Below, one piece after another: positions 51,287 through 62,220 of a stretch of 64,000 nt of DNA. The notes under the pieces were generated by a model. That model did not search any database, was not told the origin of the DNA, and saw nothing but the letters and a program-made list of their open reading frames with translations. Made by a program: the position numbers and the translations under genes. The DNA comes from Candidatus Poribacteria bacterium (lineage in GTDB: Bacteria; Poribacteria; WGA-4E; WGA-3G), in NCBI GenBank assembly GCA_965242965.1, contig OZ251518.1, positions 4,384,001 through 4,448,000 on the forward strand, given 5' to 3'. Every line of letters begins with the position of its first letter. Position 1 is the first letter of the stretch.

Positions 51287-54200
51287 TGCCAACACTCAAA
51301 CTCAAACCGAACCACAAAGCGATAACCGCTTACTACGCCGCTCTTGAGCGATATCGACAACACGGTGTCACTCACGAGACCGCGGTGCGCGCCGCCTTTC
51401 AAGCACTTTTGGAGGCATGCGCGCGACAACTGAATTGGACGATGATATGTGAATATACGCTCCGAATTCCGGAGGGTTCGCGGGGGACAGGCCCCCGCGC
51501 TACGGTGCATCAGAACTCGTGGGGGACAGGCCCCCGCGCTACGGTTACTCCCAGTAGGAGAGACCGCCCGGTCTCGATGGGTTCGCGGGGGACAGGCCCC
51601 CGCGCTACGGTTCATCAGGACATGCGGGGGACAGGCCCCCGCGCTACAGGCAGACGCAGCAACCTCATCCGTCCTGATGGCGCGTTGCTGGACGAACACA
51701 GCTTGCCGCGCGGCACGTGGGAGGCAAAAGGGGTAAAGGGGAATCTGCGCGCCGAAATCCAAACCAAGTTCGATGCGGGCTATCCACAGGACAACATCCT
51801 CTTTCAAACGCCGGAACGCGCCATTCTCTATCAAAACGGCCGCGAAGTGCTGGACGCGGACATCACCGAGCGCGAGACGCTCATCACCGTGCTGAAGACG
51901 TTCTTCGCTTACGAACGCGAAAACGCCGCCGAATGGCTCGCCGCTGTCGCCGAATTCAAAACCATCGTTCCCGAATTGAAGCAGAAAGCGACAGAACTCA
52001 TTCAGGAACAGCACCGCACCAACGCGCGCTTCCGCAACGCCTTCGCCGACTTCTACACCCTCTGCCAGAACGCGATTAACCCGAACCTCTCCGAAGCAAC
52101 GGTGGAGGAGATGCTCATCCAACATCTCTTGACAGAACGCACCTTCCGCACGGTGTTCGCCAATCCGGACTTCACGCGCCGGAATATCATCGCCCGCGAA
52201 ATTGAGAACGTCATTGACGCACTCACCTCCAAGGCGTTTAGCCGCGATGCCTTCCTCCAAAACTTGGACAGGTTTTACCGCGCCATTGAACGCGAGGCGG
52301 CGACACTCGTCGATTTCTCGCAGAAACAGCACTTCCTCAATACTGTCTACGAACAGTTTTTTCAGGGTGCGTCCGCCGAAGTCGCCGATACGCACGGCAT
52401 CGTTTATACGCCGCAGCCTATCGTCGATTTCATGGTGAAGAGCGTAGAACATCTGCTCCAAACCGAATTCGAGCGTTCGCTTTCCGATGAAGGGGTTCAC
52501 ATCATCGATGCGTTTGTCGGCACCGGTAACTTCATCGTGCGCCTAATGCGCGAGATACCACCGTTCCATCTGGAAGCAAAATATCGTTCCGAACTCTGGT
52601 GCAACGAGGTGTTGTTGCTACCCTATTATATCGCCAGCCTCAACATCGAACACGAATTTTACGAAGCCACCGGAGAATATCTCCCCTTTGAAGGCATCTC
52701 CCTCGTGGATACGTTCGATCTGGCGGAAGACCGGCAGTTGTCGCTCTTAACCGCTGAAAACACGGCGCGCGTGGAGAAACAGAAGGCTGCGCCGATGTTT
52801 GTCGTCATCGGCAATCCGCCCTATAATGTCGGACAGGTGAACGAGAACGATAACAACAAGAATCGGAACTATCCGACGCTGGAGGCGCGCGTGAGAGAAA
52901 CATACGCGAAAGACTCCACCGCCACGCTCAAAAATTCGCTCTACGACACCTATGTCAAGGCACTCCGTTGGGCTTCCGATAGAATCGGTGAACAGGGGAT
53001 TATCGCGCTCGTCACTAATAACAGTTTTCTTACCGGCACCTCGTTTGATGGCATGCGGAAACACCTCGCCGGAGACTTTGACGCGCTCTATCTCTGCGAT
53101 TTAGGGGGGAATGCCCGCGCCGACAAACTCGTCTCCGATGCAAGTGTGTTCGGCATCCAAGTCGGCGTGAGTATCAACTTCTTTGTCAAGCGCGCGGCGA
53201 AAGGGCCGTTTTCTACCGTAGCGCGGGGGCCTGTCCCCCGCGAGCGTGACGCAGAAGAGCCGTTTTCTACCGTAGCGCGGGGGCCTGTCCCCCGCGATCG
53301 TTCAATGGCGAGGAAAATTCCGCCCGCATCTTCTACTTCCGCACCGATGACGCGTGGAACAAAAACCAGAAATTCGACTTTCTCGCGCAAACCGAACACA
53401 TCGGCAATGTCCCATGGCAAATGCTCAAACCTGATACGCGGCACACGTGGCTCACCGAAGGATTTCACGCTGAGTTCAAGACGTTCATGCCTATCGGCAC
53501 GCAGGCGGTGAAGCGCGCAAAAGGCGAAGTCATTGGCGCGATGTTTCACAACTTCAGCAACGGCGTGAACACCGCTCGCGATGCATGGGCTTGCAACTTC
53601 AACCGAGACACCCTCGCCGAAAATATGCGGCGCATGAGCGATGTCTATAACGAGCATGTCATCAAGTGGCGCGCACTGGAAGACAAATCCAATGTCGATG
53701 TTGACGGGTTTGTCGATGGCGATGACAAAAAAATTAAGTGGAGTTCTACCCTCAAACAGCACCTTCAACGCGGGCGCACGGTAGAATTTGATGCCGCCAA
53801 ACGCCGGCGGTGTCTCTATCGTCCTTTCACTAAAACGTGGCTCTTTTTTGACAGGCTTCTTACCGACAGACCCGGGCAGTTCCCTGTTATTTTCCCTACC
53901 CCTGAAACCGAAAAAGAGAATCGGGTTATCTGCGTCCCTGGGGTTGGAGGACGCGCGCCTTTTTGGTGTTGTATGGGAAACGTTCTTCCGAACGGGGCGT
54001 TCATTACTCTTGATGCGAATCAAGGCTTCCCTTTCTACGTCTACGATGAAGATGGCTCAAACCGCCGAGAAAACATCACCGATTGGGCATTGCAAAACTT
54101 CCGCACGCATTACAGTGACGAACGCATCACGAAGTGGGACATGTTCCACTATACTTACGGGCTCTTGCATCATCCCGAGTATCGCGAACGTTACGCCGCC

Positions 54201-54653
54201 GATTTGAAGCGCGATCTGCCGCATATTCTCTACGCCGATGATTTCTGGGCATTCGCCGAGGCGGGTGCGAAACTTGCGGAACTGCACGTGAATTATGAGG
54301 CGCAACCGCAATATCCGCTCACGTTCATCACGAAACCCGATGCGCCGCTTGACTTGCGCGTGGAACGGATGCGGTTGTCGAAAGACAAAACGCAGCTGAA
54401 ATATAACGAGTATCTTACGCTGGCAGGTATTCCGGCAGAGACGTTTGCGTATCGGCTCGGCACTCGTTCGGCGTTGGAGTGGCTCGTTGATCAGTATCGC
54501 ATCAAACGAGATTCGCGGAGTCAACTTGTCAACGATGCGAACGATGAAGGAAACCCGCGGTATATCGTGGAATTGATTGGTTCGGTGATTACCGTCAGTT
54601 TGGAGACGGTGAAGATTATTGCGGGGTTGCCGGATACGTTGCGTGGAACGTAG
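51286..54653 (+). pseudogene. Helicase-less type ISP/IIG-like restriction-modification gene, frameshifted within a REP insertion
   Basis: RPDG..WEAK, GIVYTP, DAFVGTGNF and GNPPY in frame 1; the protein-like continuation ARIFYFRTDDAW..PDTRHTWL..YRPF..SALEW lies in the -1 frame after about 53310. Confidence 0.8.
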
Positions 54654-54666
54654 GTGTTGGAGGGAC

Positions 54667-54850
54667 CGCGGGGGACAGGCCCCCGCGCTACGGTATCCAA
54701 AACGGTCTCTCTTAACCGTAGGGCTTGGGCCCTCGGATGCCACACGCGCATCCGAGCGGGTTTCCCTCGCCATGCAACGATCGCGGGGGACAGGCCCCCG
54801 CGCTACGGTGAGTTCGGGATGTTCGCGGGGGACAGGCCCCCGCGCTACGG
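54667..54850. repeat. REP-like cluster
   Basis: Three CGCGGGGG hairpins and one branched variant. Confidence 0.85.
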
Positions 54851-54884
54851 TTCGTGATGCTCGCGGACGAATGGGGAAATTTTT

Positions 54885-55283
54885 ATGCTTCATGCGCACA
54901 AATACGCCGTGCATTTTGATATTCTCCCAGAGATTACCTATCTCAATGAGACGTTACCTGAATTAATAGCGGATTTGCTCCCGCTTTTCCGCGGTTTCCC
55001 TGAAGAGGTATGGATTTCGCAGCGGCGCGTTGACGAAGGACTCGATTTCTGCCGCGTCATTTTCTGGGCATTTTCCGAATCGCCGGAAGCGATTAAGACG
55101 TTTGGCATCTGGTTTCAGGCACTCTTCCGGGAGTCCCAAGTCTCGGAAACGCTGGAACGTCTCGTGACATGCGCTTTGGAGACAGCGGAGGAACTTGAGG
55201 TAGGACTTACCGATTGGACGCGGTTGCATGCGACAGAGGCGGAGATTGCCGAGGCGATTCGGGTTTTCAAGCGCGAAGTATAA
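54885..55283 (+). CDS. Hypothetical protein
   Basis: Open frame with protein-like helical composition; no motif recognised and start uncertain. Confidence 0.4.
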   Translation: MLHAHKYAVHFDILPEITYLNETLPELIADLLPLFRGFPEEVWISQRRVDEGLDFCRVIFWAFSESPEAIKTFGIWFQALFRESQVSETLERLVTCALETAEELEVGLTDWTRLHATEAEIAEAIRVFKREV

Positions 55284-55355
55284 GGCGAGATGTCTCTATC
55301 TGCCTGTCATTCGGCGTGGATAGACATCTGTAGAAAAGAAAAAACAGAAATTAGG

Positions 55356-55385
55356 TTGACATCACGAAATAAAATATGGTATACT
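55356..55385 (+). promoter_or_regulatory. sigma70-type promoter
   Basis: TTGACA-18 bp-TATACT with extended TG. Confidence 0.65.
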
Positions 55386-55441
55386 ATATAAACAGTGCAT
55401 AGAAAACGCATTCGGTGCGTAGATGAGGAGTTTTTGGAGTT

Positions 55442-56161
55442 ATGAGACACATTTATTGGTGCATCCTGCTGATGCTCCTTGCAGTCGGGAATGGAGTTGG
55501 CAACCCCGATGCATACACGGTAGACGAAATTTTTCATCACTTCAAAGTGGCTTACGATAAATCCGAGAATTTCAGTGCCAACTTTGAGGAGACGACGCTG
55601 TTCGCTGATAAGCGGAACGTCGCGCGCGGCAGGCTGGTATTCGGCAAACCGAATCTGTTCCGAAAGGAATATGTTGACAGGAAGGATGCCTCAAAGGTAG
55701 TCCAGTTGACTATCTTAGATGGGGAATACGGTTGGACTTACACGCCGCTCCTCAACCAAGTCAATAAGATGAAGTGGAACAGTGCAGACCGGCGTGAACT
55801 CGTGCCGGGCATTGGCGCGTCGCTTGAGGATGTCCCGAAAAACTATGAGATGGCACTCATCCCCGATGAAGCCGCGAATCCGAAGGGGGTTTACCAAATT
55901 CGGCTAACTCCCAAGCCGCACATGATGCGCGCTCGCACGGAGGCAGTCCGCGAGCAGATGAAAGAGACGATTGAAATCTGGGTAGAGGCTGACGAGTGGC
56001 TGCCGGTGCAATTTGGCTATATCACCGAACTCGCAAACGGCACCTCGCAGAGCATCATCGTGTCGCTTACGCAAATTGAACGCGACAAGCCGCTCACGCC
56101 AGACCTGTTCAAGTTTGTCGTGCCAAAAGATGCAGAGGTAATCGATCTCTCTGAAAACTAA
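55442..56161 (+). CDS. lolA: Outer-membrane lipoprotein carrier LolA family protein
   Basis: Signal peptide, FSANFEE, GRLVFGKPNLFR, DG..WTY.P.LNQV, LFKFVVPKDAEVID. Confidence 0.8.
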   Translation: MRHIYWCILLMLLAVGNGVGNPDAYTVDEIFHHFKVAYDKSENFSANFEETTLFADKRNVARGRLVFGKPNLFRKEYVDRKDASKVVQLTILDGEYGWTYTPLLNQVNKMKWNSADRRELVPGIGASLEDVPKNYEMALIPDEAANPKGVYQIRLTPKPHMMRARTEAVREQMKETIEIWVEADEWLPVQFGYITELANGTSQSIIVSLTQIERDKPLTPDLFKFVVPKDAEVIDLSEN

Positions 56162-56253
56162 CGTTTTCCAGAGTGCCCACGATGTGCGCGCCTGGAACGC
56201 GCGCCTACCGGCGGGAACACCCGCTGCCGCTATCGGCGACAGCGCAAACGCTT

Positions 56254-56871
56254 ATGAATTTTCGCACCCTGTTACGGTTGGCAAATCTGCTGACGCTTTT
56301 ACGGCTGTTTCTGGTTCCGCCGTTAATGCTCTGTTTTCGGGCGGATCTGATGCTTCCTGCACTGCTCATCTTCGGGTTTGCTGCTGCGACAGACCATTTT
56401 GATGGCAAGATTGCCCGTCGGCAAGGTGTGACAGGGTTCGGGACATTCATGGATCCGCTCGCCGATAAACTGTTAGTGGCGGCGACATTAATCTGCCTAA
56501 CCCGTTTTGAAGGTGTCGAAGGCGGGATGATTCCTGCATGGATGGTTGTCACGATTATCGGCAGGGAATTCATCGTCACCGGGCTCCGCGTTGTCTTTGT
56601 GACGAGATACGGTGAGGTAGTCTCGGCGAATAGGTGGGGCAAATACAAGACGCTCTCGCAGCTCATCGTCATCTCGATTAGCCTCGCACTGCTGGCGTTC
56701 TGGGAAGACGGGCCGAGGATTGTTCACCCGCGGGGGCCCATATACTTTATGATGTATCTTCCGTTGGTGCTAACGGTGGTATCGGGACTGGAATTTTTGC
56801 TGCGGAACCGCAAGTTCCTCACAGATTTGATGCTGACTACCGATGGCGATGATGCAGGAGTTGACGAGTGA
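56254..56871 (+). CDS. pgsA: CDP-diacylglycerol--glycerol-3-phosphate 3-phosphatidyltransferase
   Basis: ANLLTLLR, TD.FDGKIAR, GTFMDPLADK, REFIVTGLR, GKYKT. Confidence 0.9.
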   Translation: MNFRTLLRLANLLTLLRLFLVPPLMLCFRADLMLPALLIFGFAAATDHFDGKIARRQGVTGFGTFMDPLADKLLVAATLICLTRFEGVEGGMIPAWMVVTIIGREFIVTGLRVVFVTRYGEVVSANRWGKYKTLSQLIVISISLALLAFWEDGPRIVHPRGPIYFMMYLPLVLTVVSGLEFLLRNRKFLTDLMLTTDGDDAGVDE

Positions 56872-57449
56872 TGCAAACTATCCGCTGTTTTGTGGCAGTT
56901 GAGGTGCAGGACGAAGTGCAGGCGTTATTCTCCCCGGTGCAAGCGTTGCTCCGGTCGGCGGTGCAATCTGGAGGCGGACGCGCGTCGTGGACGCGGCGCG
57001 GCAATTTCCATCTCACGTTGAAGTTCCTCGGCGATGTCCGCGGTGACGCAATCGATGACATTGGCGCGGCACTTCAGGCAGTCACTGTGGCGCAACGTTC
57101 ATTTTCTATGGAGATTGGCGGTATCGGCGCGTTTCCTAATATGAACAGGCCGCGAGTCCTGTGGGTAGGGATAAAACAGGGCACGGAGGCTGTCACGCGG
57201 TTAGCGGAAGCAGTGAATCATCAATTGGCGGGCATCGGCTACCCGGCAGAAAGTCGGTTTCATCCGCATCTCACGCTGGCGCGGTTGCGAAATCGGGTAA
57301 ATCTGAAACCGCAGGTGCATCTTTTTACGAAATATGATATAATTAATGACGCTACCGTGAACGTGAATAAAATTGTCTTAATGCGGAGCCAACTGCATCC
57401 GAAGGGTGCTGTCTACACGCCGTTGAAAATGTGTCATTTTTCTCGCTAA
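56868..57449 (+). CDS. thpR: RNA 2',3'-cyclic phosphodiesterase
   Basis: RCFVAV, HLTLKFLG, PRVLW, PHLTLAR (two HxT motifs); pgsA-thpR-recA order. Confidence 0.9.
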   Translation: MMQTIRCFVAVEVQDEVQALFSPVQALLRSAVQSGGGRASWTRRGNFHLTLKFLGDVRGDAIDDIGAALQAVTVAQRSFSMEIGGIGAFPNMNRPRVLWVGIKQGTEAVTRLAEAVNHQLAGIGYPAESRFHPHLTLARLRNRVNLKPQVHLFTKYDIINDATVNVNKIVLMRSQLHPKGAVYTPLKMCHFSR

Positions 57450-57561
57450 TTCGGTATCATTTTTTTAGCACGGGCGCGGCGTTCCGCGCGCGTGAATGCC
57501 CTTTATTAGGGCAAACGTGGATGTTACAATCCGCGGCAAACAGAGGAGAGGTTCGGATAAA

Positions 57562-58614
57562 ATGTTAGACCCAAAAAAACAAAAAGTCATCGATCAGGCG
57601 ATCTCGCAGATCGAACGTGAATTCGGCAAAGGCGCGATTATGCGCTTCACCGATGGCGAGGTAGTCCCTGTTGAATCCATCCCCACCGGCTCGCTCGCGT
57701 TGGACCTGGCACTCGGTGTCGGCGGTGTGCCGCGCGGCAGAATCGTCGAAATTTATGGACATGAAGGCACCGGAAAAACCACCTTGTGCCTCCACATCGT
57801 CGCCGAAGTCCAAAAATTGGGCGGCACCGCCGTGTTCGTTGATGTTGAACACGCGTTGGACACGACTTACGCACGCAACATCGGCGTGAACATGGAGAAC
57901 CTGCTCATCGCGCAGCCCGATGCCGGCGAACAGGCTCTGGAAATCGTCGAGACGCTCATCCGGAGTGGCGCGATTGATTTGGTGGTTATTGACTCTGTCG
58001 CGGCGTTGACACCGCAGGCAGAGATTGAAGGCGAAATGGGCGACGCGCACGTCGGATTGCTGCCGCGCTTGATGTCCAAGGCACTCCGAAAACTGTCGGG
58101 GGTTACCAATAAATCCCAAACCTGTGTTATCTTTACCAACCAGATTCGTCAAAAAATCGGGGTAATGTTCGGGAATCCGGATACGACACCCGGCGGCCTC
58201 GCGCTGAAGTTCCACGCCTCTGTCCGTTTGGAGCTGCGCCGCGGACAGCAGATCAAGGATGGAACAGATGTCCTTGGAACCGGTGTCCGCGTCAAGGTTG
58301 TGAAAAACAAAGTCGCGCCACCTTTCAAGGAAGTTGAATACGACGTAACCTTCGGCAAAGGCATTTCCAAAGCCGGCAACCTTTTGGATATCGCTGTCAA
58401 TCAGGAATTCATCCAGAAGAGCGGTTCCTGGTTCTCCTATAACGGGGAACGCATTGGCCAGGGCAGGAACAATGTCAAGCAATATCTGGAGGATAATCCG
58501 GAAGTTGCCGATAAAATCGAGGCGCAGATTCGAGAGGCACTTGCCCTCACGTCGCGTCCTGCAGCGGAGAACGCCGAGAACGACGAGAACGCCGAAGTTG
58601 AGGAAGTGGCGTAA
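57562..58614 (+). CDS. recA: Recombinase A
   Basis: [44 protein letters not shown]. Confidence 0.97.
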   Translation: MLDPKKQKVIDQAISQIEREFGKGAIMRFTDGEVVPVESIPTGSLALDLALGVGGVPRGRIVEIYGHEGTGKTTLCLHIVAEVQKLGGTAVFVDVEHALDTTYARNIGVNMENLLIAQPDAGEQALEIVETLIRSGAIDLVVIDSVAALTPQAEIEGEMGDAHVGLLPRLMSKALRKLSGVTNKSQTCVIFTNQIRQKIGVMFGNPDTTPGGLALKFHASVRLELRRGQQIKDGTDVLGTGVRVKVVKNKVAPPFKEVEYDVTFGKGISKAGNLLDIAVNQEFIQKSGSWFSYNGERIGQGRNNVKQYLEDNPEVADKIEAQIREALALTSRPAAENAENDENAEVEEVA

Positions 58615-58629
58615 GCGGGGTGAACGGCA

Positions 58630-58667
58630 GTATGTGGGGGTGGATTTTCATATCCACCCCCACATAC
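58630..58667 (+). terminator. Perfect 16-bp stem hairpin after recA
   Basis: GTATGTGGGGGTGGAT-tttcat-ATCCACCCCCACATAC; no U tract, so it may be a stabiliser rather than a terminator. Confidence 0.5.
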
Positions 58668-58718
58668 CGCGGCGACAGCATTCTCCCTCGCGTGCGTGAA
58701 AAATCGTCTCCATTTTTC

Positions 58719-58747
58719 TTGACATAATTTTTTCCGCGTGTTATATT
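58719..58747 (+). promoter_or_regulatory. sigma70-type promoter of the proteasome cluster
   Basis: TTGACA-17 bp-TATATT with extended TG. Confidence 0.65.
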
Positions 58748-58910
58748 TTAATGCAGGATGGCCGCCGCGACCGGTCCCAATTAGTTGGGGTGGATAGTTA
58801 ACCACATCTACCCTCACACATCGTGTTTGAGATGTTAACCTTGCAAGTGATACCAAATGCTTCTCTGTCGTTTTGGTATGAGTGGCTTGCAGTCAGGAGA
58901 ACTTCCCGTA

Positions 58911-60638
58911 ATGGCTAGAAAAAGAGGTAATCCCAAAGATTCCTTCCTAGATGAATTAGAATCCGATGAGGAGCAGCCGATATCCGAGGAGGTGTGGTAT
59001 CAACAGCAGATCCGGCACCTCCAGCAGCAAGTCGGGCACCTCAAGCAGGAGTTGATGCAGACGCATCGGCGCAACCGTCAGCTCACCAATGTTCTTCAAG
59101 AGGCGAAAGAGAAACTGGAAATCCTCAAGGAGAAGGTCGAGCAACTCAGCGCACCACCGAATAACTACGGGGTTTTCCTAGGGTTAAACGACGACGGCAC
59201 CGTGGATATTGATGTCAACGGTAGAAAGTGGCGCGTCAACCTGGACCCGAGCATCAAGCCGAAGGACCTCGAGGTAGGACAGCAGGTCATCGTCAATAGC
59301 GGTATGAACGTCATCGGTATCAAAGATGCAACGCAGCACGGCGATGTCGTCAAACTGAAGGAACGCCTGAGCGATGAGCGCGCCATCGTCAGTTTCCGAA
59401 CCGATGAAGAACGGCTCGTCAGACTCTCTGATTCACTCAGGGATGAGCCGCTGAAACTCGGCGATAACGTTCTCCTGGACCACGGTAGCGGGATGCTCAT
59501 CGAGAAACTGCCGAAACATGAGGTGGAGGACTTGCTCCTGGAAGAAGTGCCGGATATCGGCTATGGAGACATCGGCGGCTTGGATACGCAGATAGAAGCC
59601 ATCCGCGATGCCATCGAAATGCCTTATCTCTACCCGGCCGAGTATCAAGAGTTCGACCTCGCGCCCCCGAAGGGTGTGCTCCTCTACGGGCCGCCCGGCT
59701 GCGGGAAAACGTTAATCGCCCGCGCTGTCGCCAGCGGCATCGCCGCGCGCGTCCGAAAGCAAACCGGCAGGGACGATGTCCGCAGTTATTTCATTAACAT
59801 CAAGGGACCGGAGTTGCTGAACAAGTATGTCGGCGAGACTGAACGGAAGATCCGGGAGGTATTCCAAAAGGCGCGCGACAAATCGCGGGAAGGCTTTCCT
59901 GTCATCATCTTTTTTGACGAAATGGACTCGCTCTTCCGCTCCAGAGGCATGGGCATCTCATCGGATATGGAATCGACGCTGGTGCCGCAGTTCCTCTCCG
60001 AAATTGATGGCGTGGAAAACCTGCACGATGTCATCGTCATCGGCGCGAGCAACCGGCAAGACCTGCTGGATCCCGCCGTTTTACGTCCCGGCAGACTTGA
60101 TATTAAAATCAAGATCGACCGGCCCAACCTTGACGGTGCCAAGGATATCTTCGGGATATACCTCACCCCAGAGCTCCCCTTCGCCAAAGATGAATCCGAA
60201 CGTTTCAACGGTGATGCGCACGCGATTGCCAGCCACCTCATCGAGAAGGCCGTAGACGAAATGTACGCGACGAAGGATGAGAATCGGTTTATTGAGGTTA
60301 CCTATGCGCGCGGCGAGCGCGAAACCCTCTTTTTCAAGGACTTTGTCAGCGGTGCGATGATTAGGAACATCGTCTCGCGGGCTAAGAAAACGGCGATTAA
60401 GCGGCTCATCGCCTCCGAAGGCAAAGAAAAGGGGATTTGCCTCGCCGACATGCAGAGTGCCATCCGCGAGGAATACCACGAAAACGAAGATCTGCCGAAT
60501 ACGACTAACCCCGATGACTGGGCGAAAATTTCCGGGCGGAAGGGTGAAAAGATTGTCAACATCCGCGCCTTGATTAATGAGCCTGGTAACGACAGGAAAC
60601 AGGATGTGCGCGTCACCCGCGGTGGGACGTTCTTCTAA
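58911..60638 (+). CDS. arc: Proteasome AAA+ ATPase (ARC/Mpa)
   Basis: N-terminal coiled coil, PPNNYG, LEEVPD, GPPGCGKT, FFDEMD, RPGRLD, EDLPNTTNPDDWA. Confidence 0.95.
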   Translation: MARKRGNPKDSFLDELESDEEQPISEEVWYQQQIRHLQQQVGHLKQELMQTHRRNRQLTNVLQEAKEKLEILKEKVEQLSAPPNNYGVFLGLNDDGTVDIDVNGRKWRVNLDPSIKPKDLEVGQQVIVNSGMNVIGIKDATQHGDVVKLKERLSDERAIVSFRTDEERLVRLSDSLRDEPLKLGDNVLLDHGSGMLIEKLPKHEVEDLLLEEVPDIGYGDIGGLDTQIEAIRDAIEMPYLYPAEYQEFDLAPPKGVLLYGPPGCGKTLIARAVASGIAARVRKQTGRDDVRSYFINIKGPELLNKYVGETERKIREVFQKARDKSREGFPVIIFFDEMDSLFRSRGMGISSDMESTLVPQFLSEIDGVENLHDVIVIGASNRQDLLDPAVLRPGRLDIKIKIDRPNLDGAKDIFGIYLTPELPFAKDESERFNGDAHAIASHLIEKAVDEMYATKDENRFIEVTYARGERETLFFKDFVSGAMIRNIVSRAKKTAIKRLIASEGKEKGICLADMQSAIREEYHENEDLPNTTNPDDWAKISGRKGEKIVNIRALINEPGNDRKQDVRVTRGGTFF

Positions 60639-60688
60639 AAACGCTTCGGTGGACATCCGGAGAATTGGTAAACACTTTGGTAAGCACT

Positions 60689-62176
60689 ATGGAAGTCCCA
60701 ATAATCATGGGAACAGAAACCGAATACGGCATCTCAGTGAAAAACGCGCGAGAGCAAGATCCGGTTGCTGCGTCCACACTCGTTGTCAACGCGTATAAAA
60801 GCAGGAGTGCCCGCTCTGTCACGTGGGATTACGAACAGGAGAGCCCGTTGATGGACGCGCGCGGGTTTGTCGCCGATGGTGAACAGCCGGCTTTGGATTC
60901 CATTGAGAACAGCGTTGTCAACGACGTTTTGCTGAACGGGGGCCGTTACTACGTAGATCACGCGCATCCAGAGTATTGCACCCCGGAATGCACAAACGCC
61001 CGCGCACTGTTGCTCTATGAGAAGGCGGGCGAATTCATCTTGGAAGTCAGCAGATTGGCGGCGGAACGCCTCCTGCTGGACAATCAGGAAGTTATCATCT
61101 ATAAAAACAACACGGATTACAAAGGGCACAGTTACGGTTCGCACGAAAACTATCTCATGTCGCGCGATGTGCCGTTTGAAGCCATCGTTAACGGGCTGAC
61201 ACCCTTCCTTGTCACTCGGATTGTGATTACCGGCAGCGGCAAAGTCGGTGCCGAAAATGGCACAGAGGAGACAGGGTATCAGCTCTCACAGCGTGCAGAT
61301 TTTTTTCAGAAAGAGGTTGGACTCAGCACTATGGTAGACCGGCCCCTGATTAACACGCGCGATGAACCGCACGCAGATGAGAAACACTATCGCCGGCTGC
61401 ACGTCATCGTCGGCGATTCTAACATGTCCGAATTCAGCATCTATCTGAAGGTGGGCATTACGGCTATCGTGTTGCAACTGATAGAAAAAGGCGTTGTCGG
61501 CGAAAAATTCCGTTTGAAAGAGCCGGTCGCGGCGATAAAGAGCATCTCGCGGGATTTGTCGTGTCAGCATCGAATAGAGCTCGCTGATGGACGGATGTGG
61601 AGCCCGATAGAGGTGCAGCGCGCCTACTTGGAATTGGCGCAGCAACACCTCGCCGCCGATGCTTCACCTGTCATTGAAGACGTGCTTGAAAAATGGGACT
61701 ACGTGCTGACGGTTTTGGGCGAAGATCCGATGCTTCTGAGCCGTCATCTTGACTGGGTAATCAAGAAGAAATTAATGGATGCGTACCGCAAGCGGCACGG
61801 ATTCACATGGGACGATGCGCGTGTGCGGATGCTTGATTTGCAGTATCATGACATTCGTCCAGCGAAAGGACTTTACCTGCGGCTACTGAAAAATGGGCAT
61901 GTTGAACGGTTGCTTACGAACGAGGAGATCGTTCAGGCGATGAATTATCCGCCTGTGGATACGCGCGCCTATTTCCGCGGGACCTGCTTGCGAAAGTTTC
62001 CGAATCACATTCACAGTGCTAGTTGGAACTCTATGGTTTTTAAGGGCCCGAAAGGGTTCAACAAAATCATGATGGAGCGTCCCCATTTTGGCACACAACA
62101 GCTTGTCGGCGAGTTGCTAAACTCTTGCACGGCAGAAGAACTCGTTAAGGAAATTAAAGCGAACGCTTCCGAATGA
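60689..62176 (+). CDS. dop: Pup deamidase/depupylase
   Basis: MGTETEYGI, NGGRYYVDHAHPEY.TPE, NTRDEPHAD, RLHVIVGD, DTRAYFRG. Confidence 0.9.
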   Translation: MEVPIIMGTETEYGISVKNAREQDPVAASTLVVNAYKSRSARSVTWDYEQESPLMDARGFVADGEQPALDSIENSVVNDVLLNGGRYYVDHAHPEYCTPECTNARALLLYEKAGEFILEVSRLAAERLLLDNQEVIIYKNNTDYKGHSYGSHENYLMSRDVPFEAIVNGLTPFLVTRIVITGSGKVGAENGTEETGYQLSQRADFFQKEVGLSTMVDRPLINTRDEPHADEKHYRRLHVIVGDSNMSEFSIYLKVGITAIVLQLIEKGVVGEKFRLKEPVAAIKSISRDLSCQHRIELADGRMWSPIEVQRAYLELAQQHLAADASPVIEDVLEKWDYVLTVLGEDPMLLSRHLDWVIKKKLMDAYRKRHGFTWDDARVRMLDLQYHDIRPAKGLYLRLLKNGHVERLLTNEEIVQAMNYPPVDTRAYFRGTCLRKFPNHIHSASWNSMVFKGPKGFNKIMMERPHFGTQQLVGELLNSCTAEELVKEIKANASE

Positions 62177-62220
62177 CGGTATACCGATAGGGATACCTGT
62201 TATTGCAGCGGCTAGGAACA

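Noticed and set aside
51169-52500. Long antisense ORFs (443 aa here; also 53088-54023, 57565-58482, 47898-48764)
   Set aside because: They lie opposite well-supported genes and show no motifs, as expected for GC-rich codon shadows.
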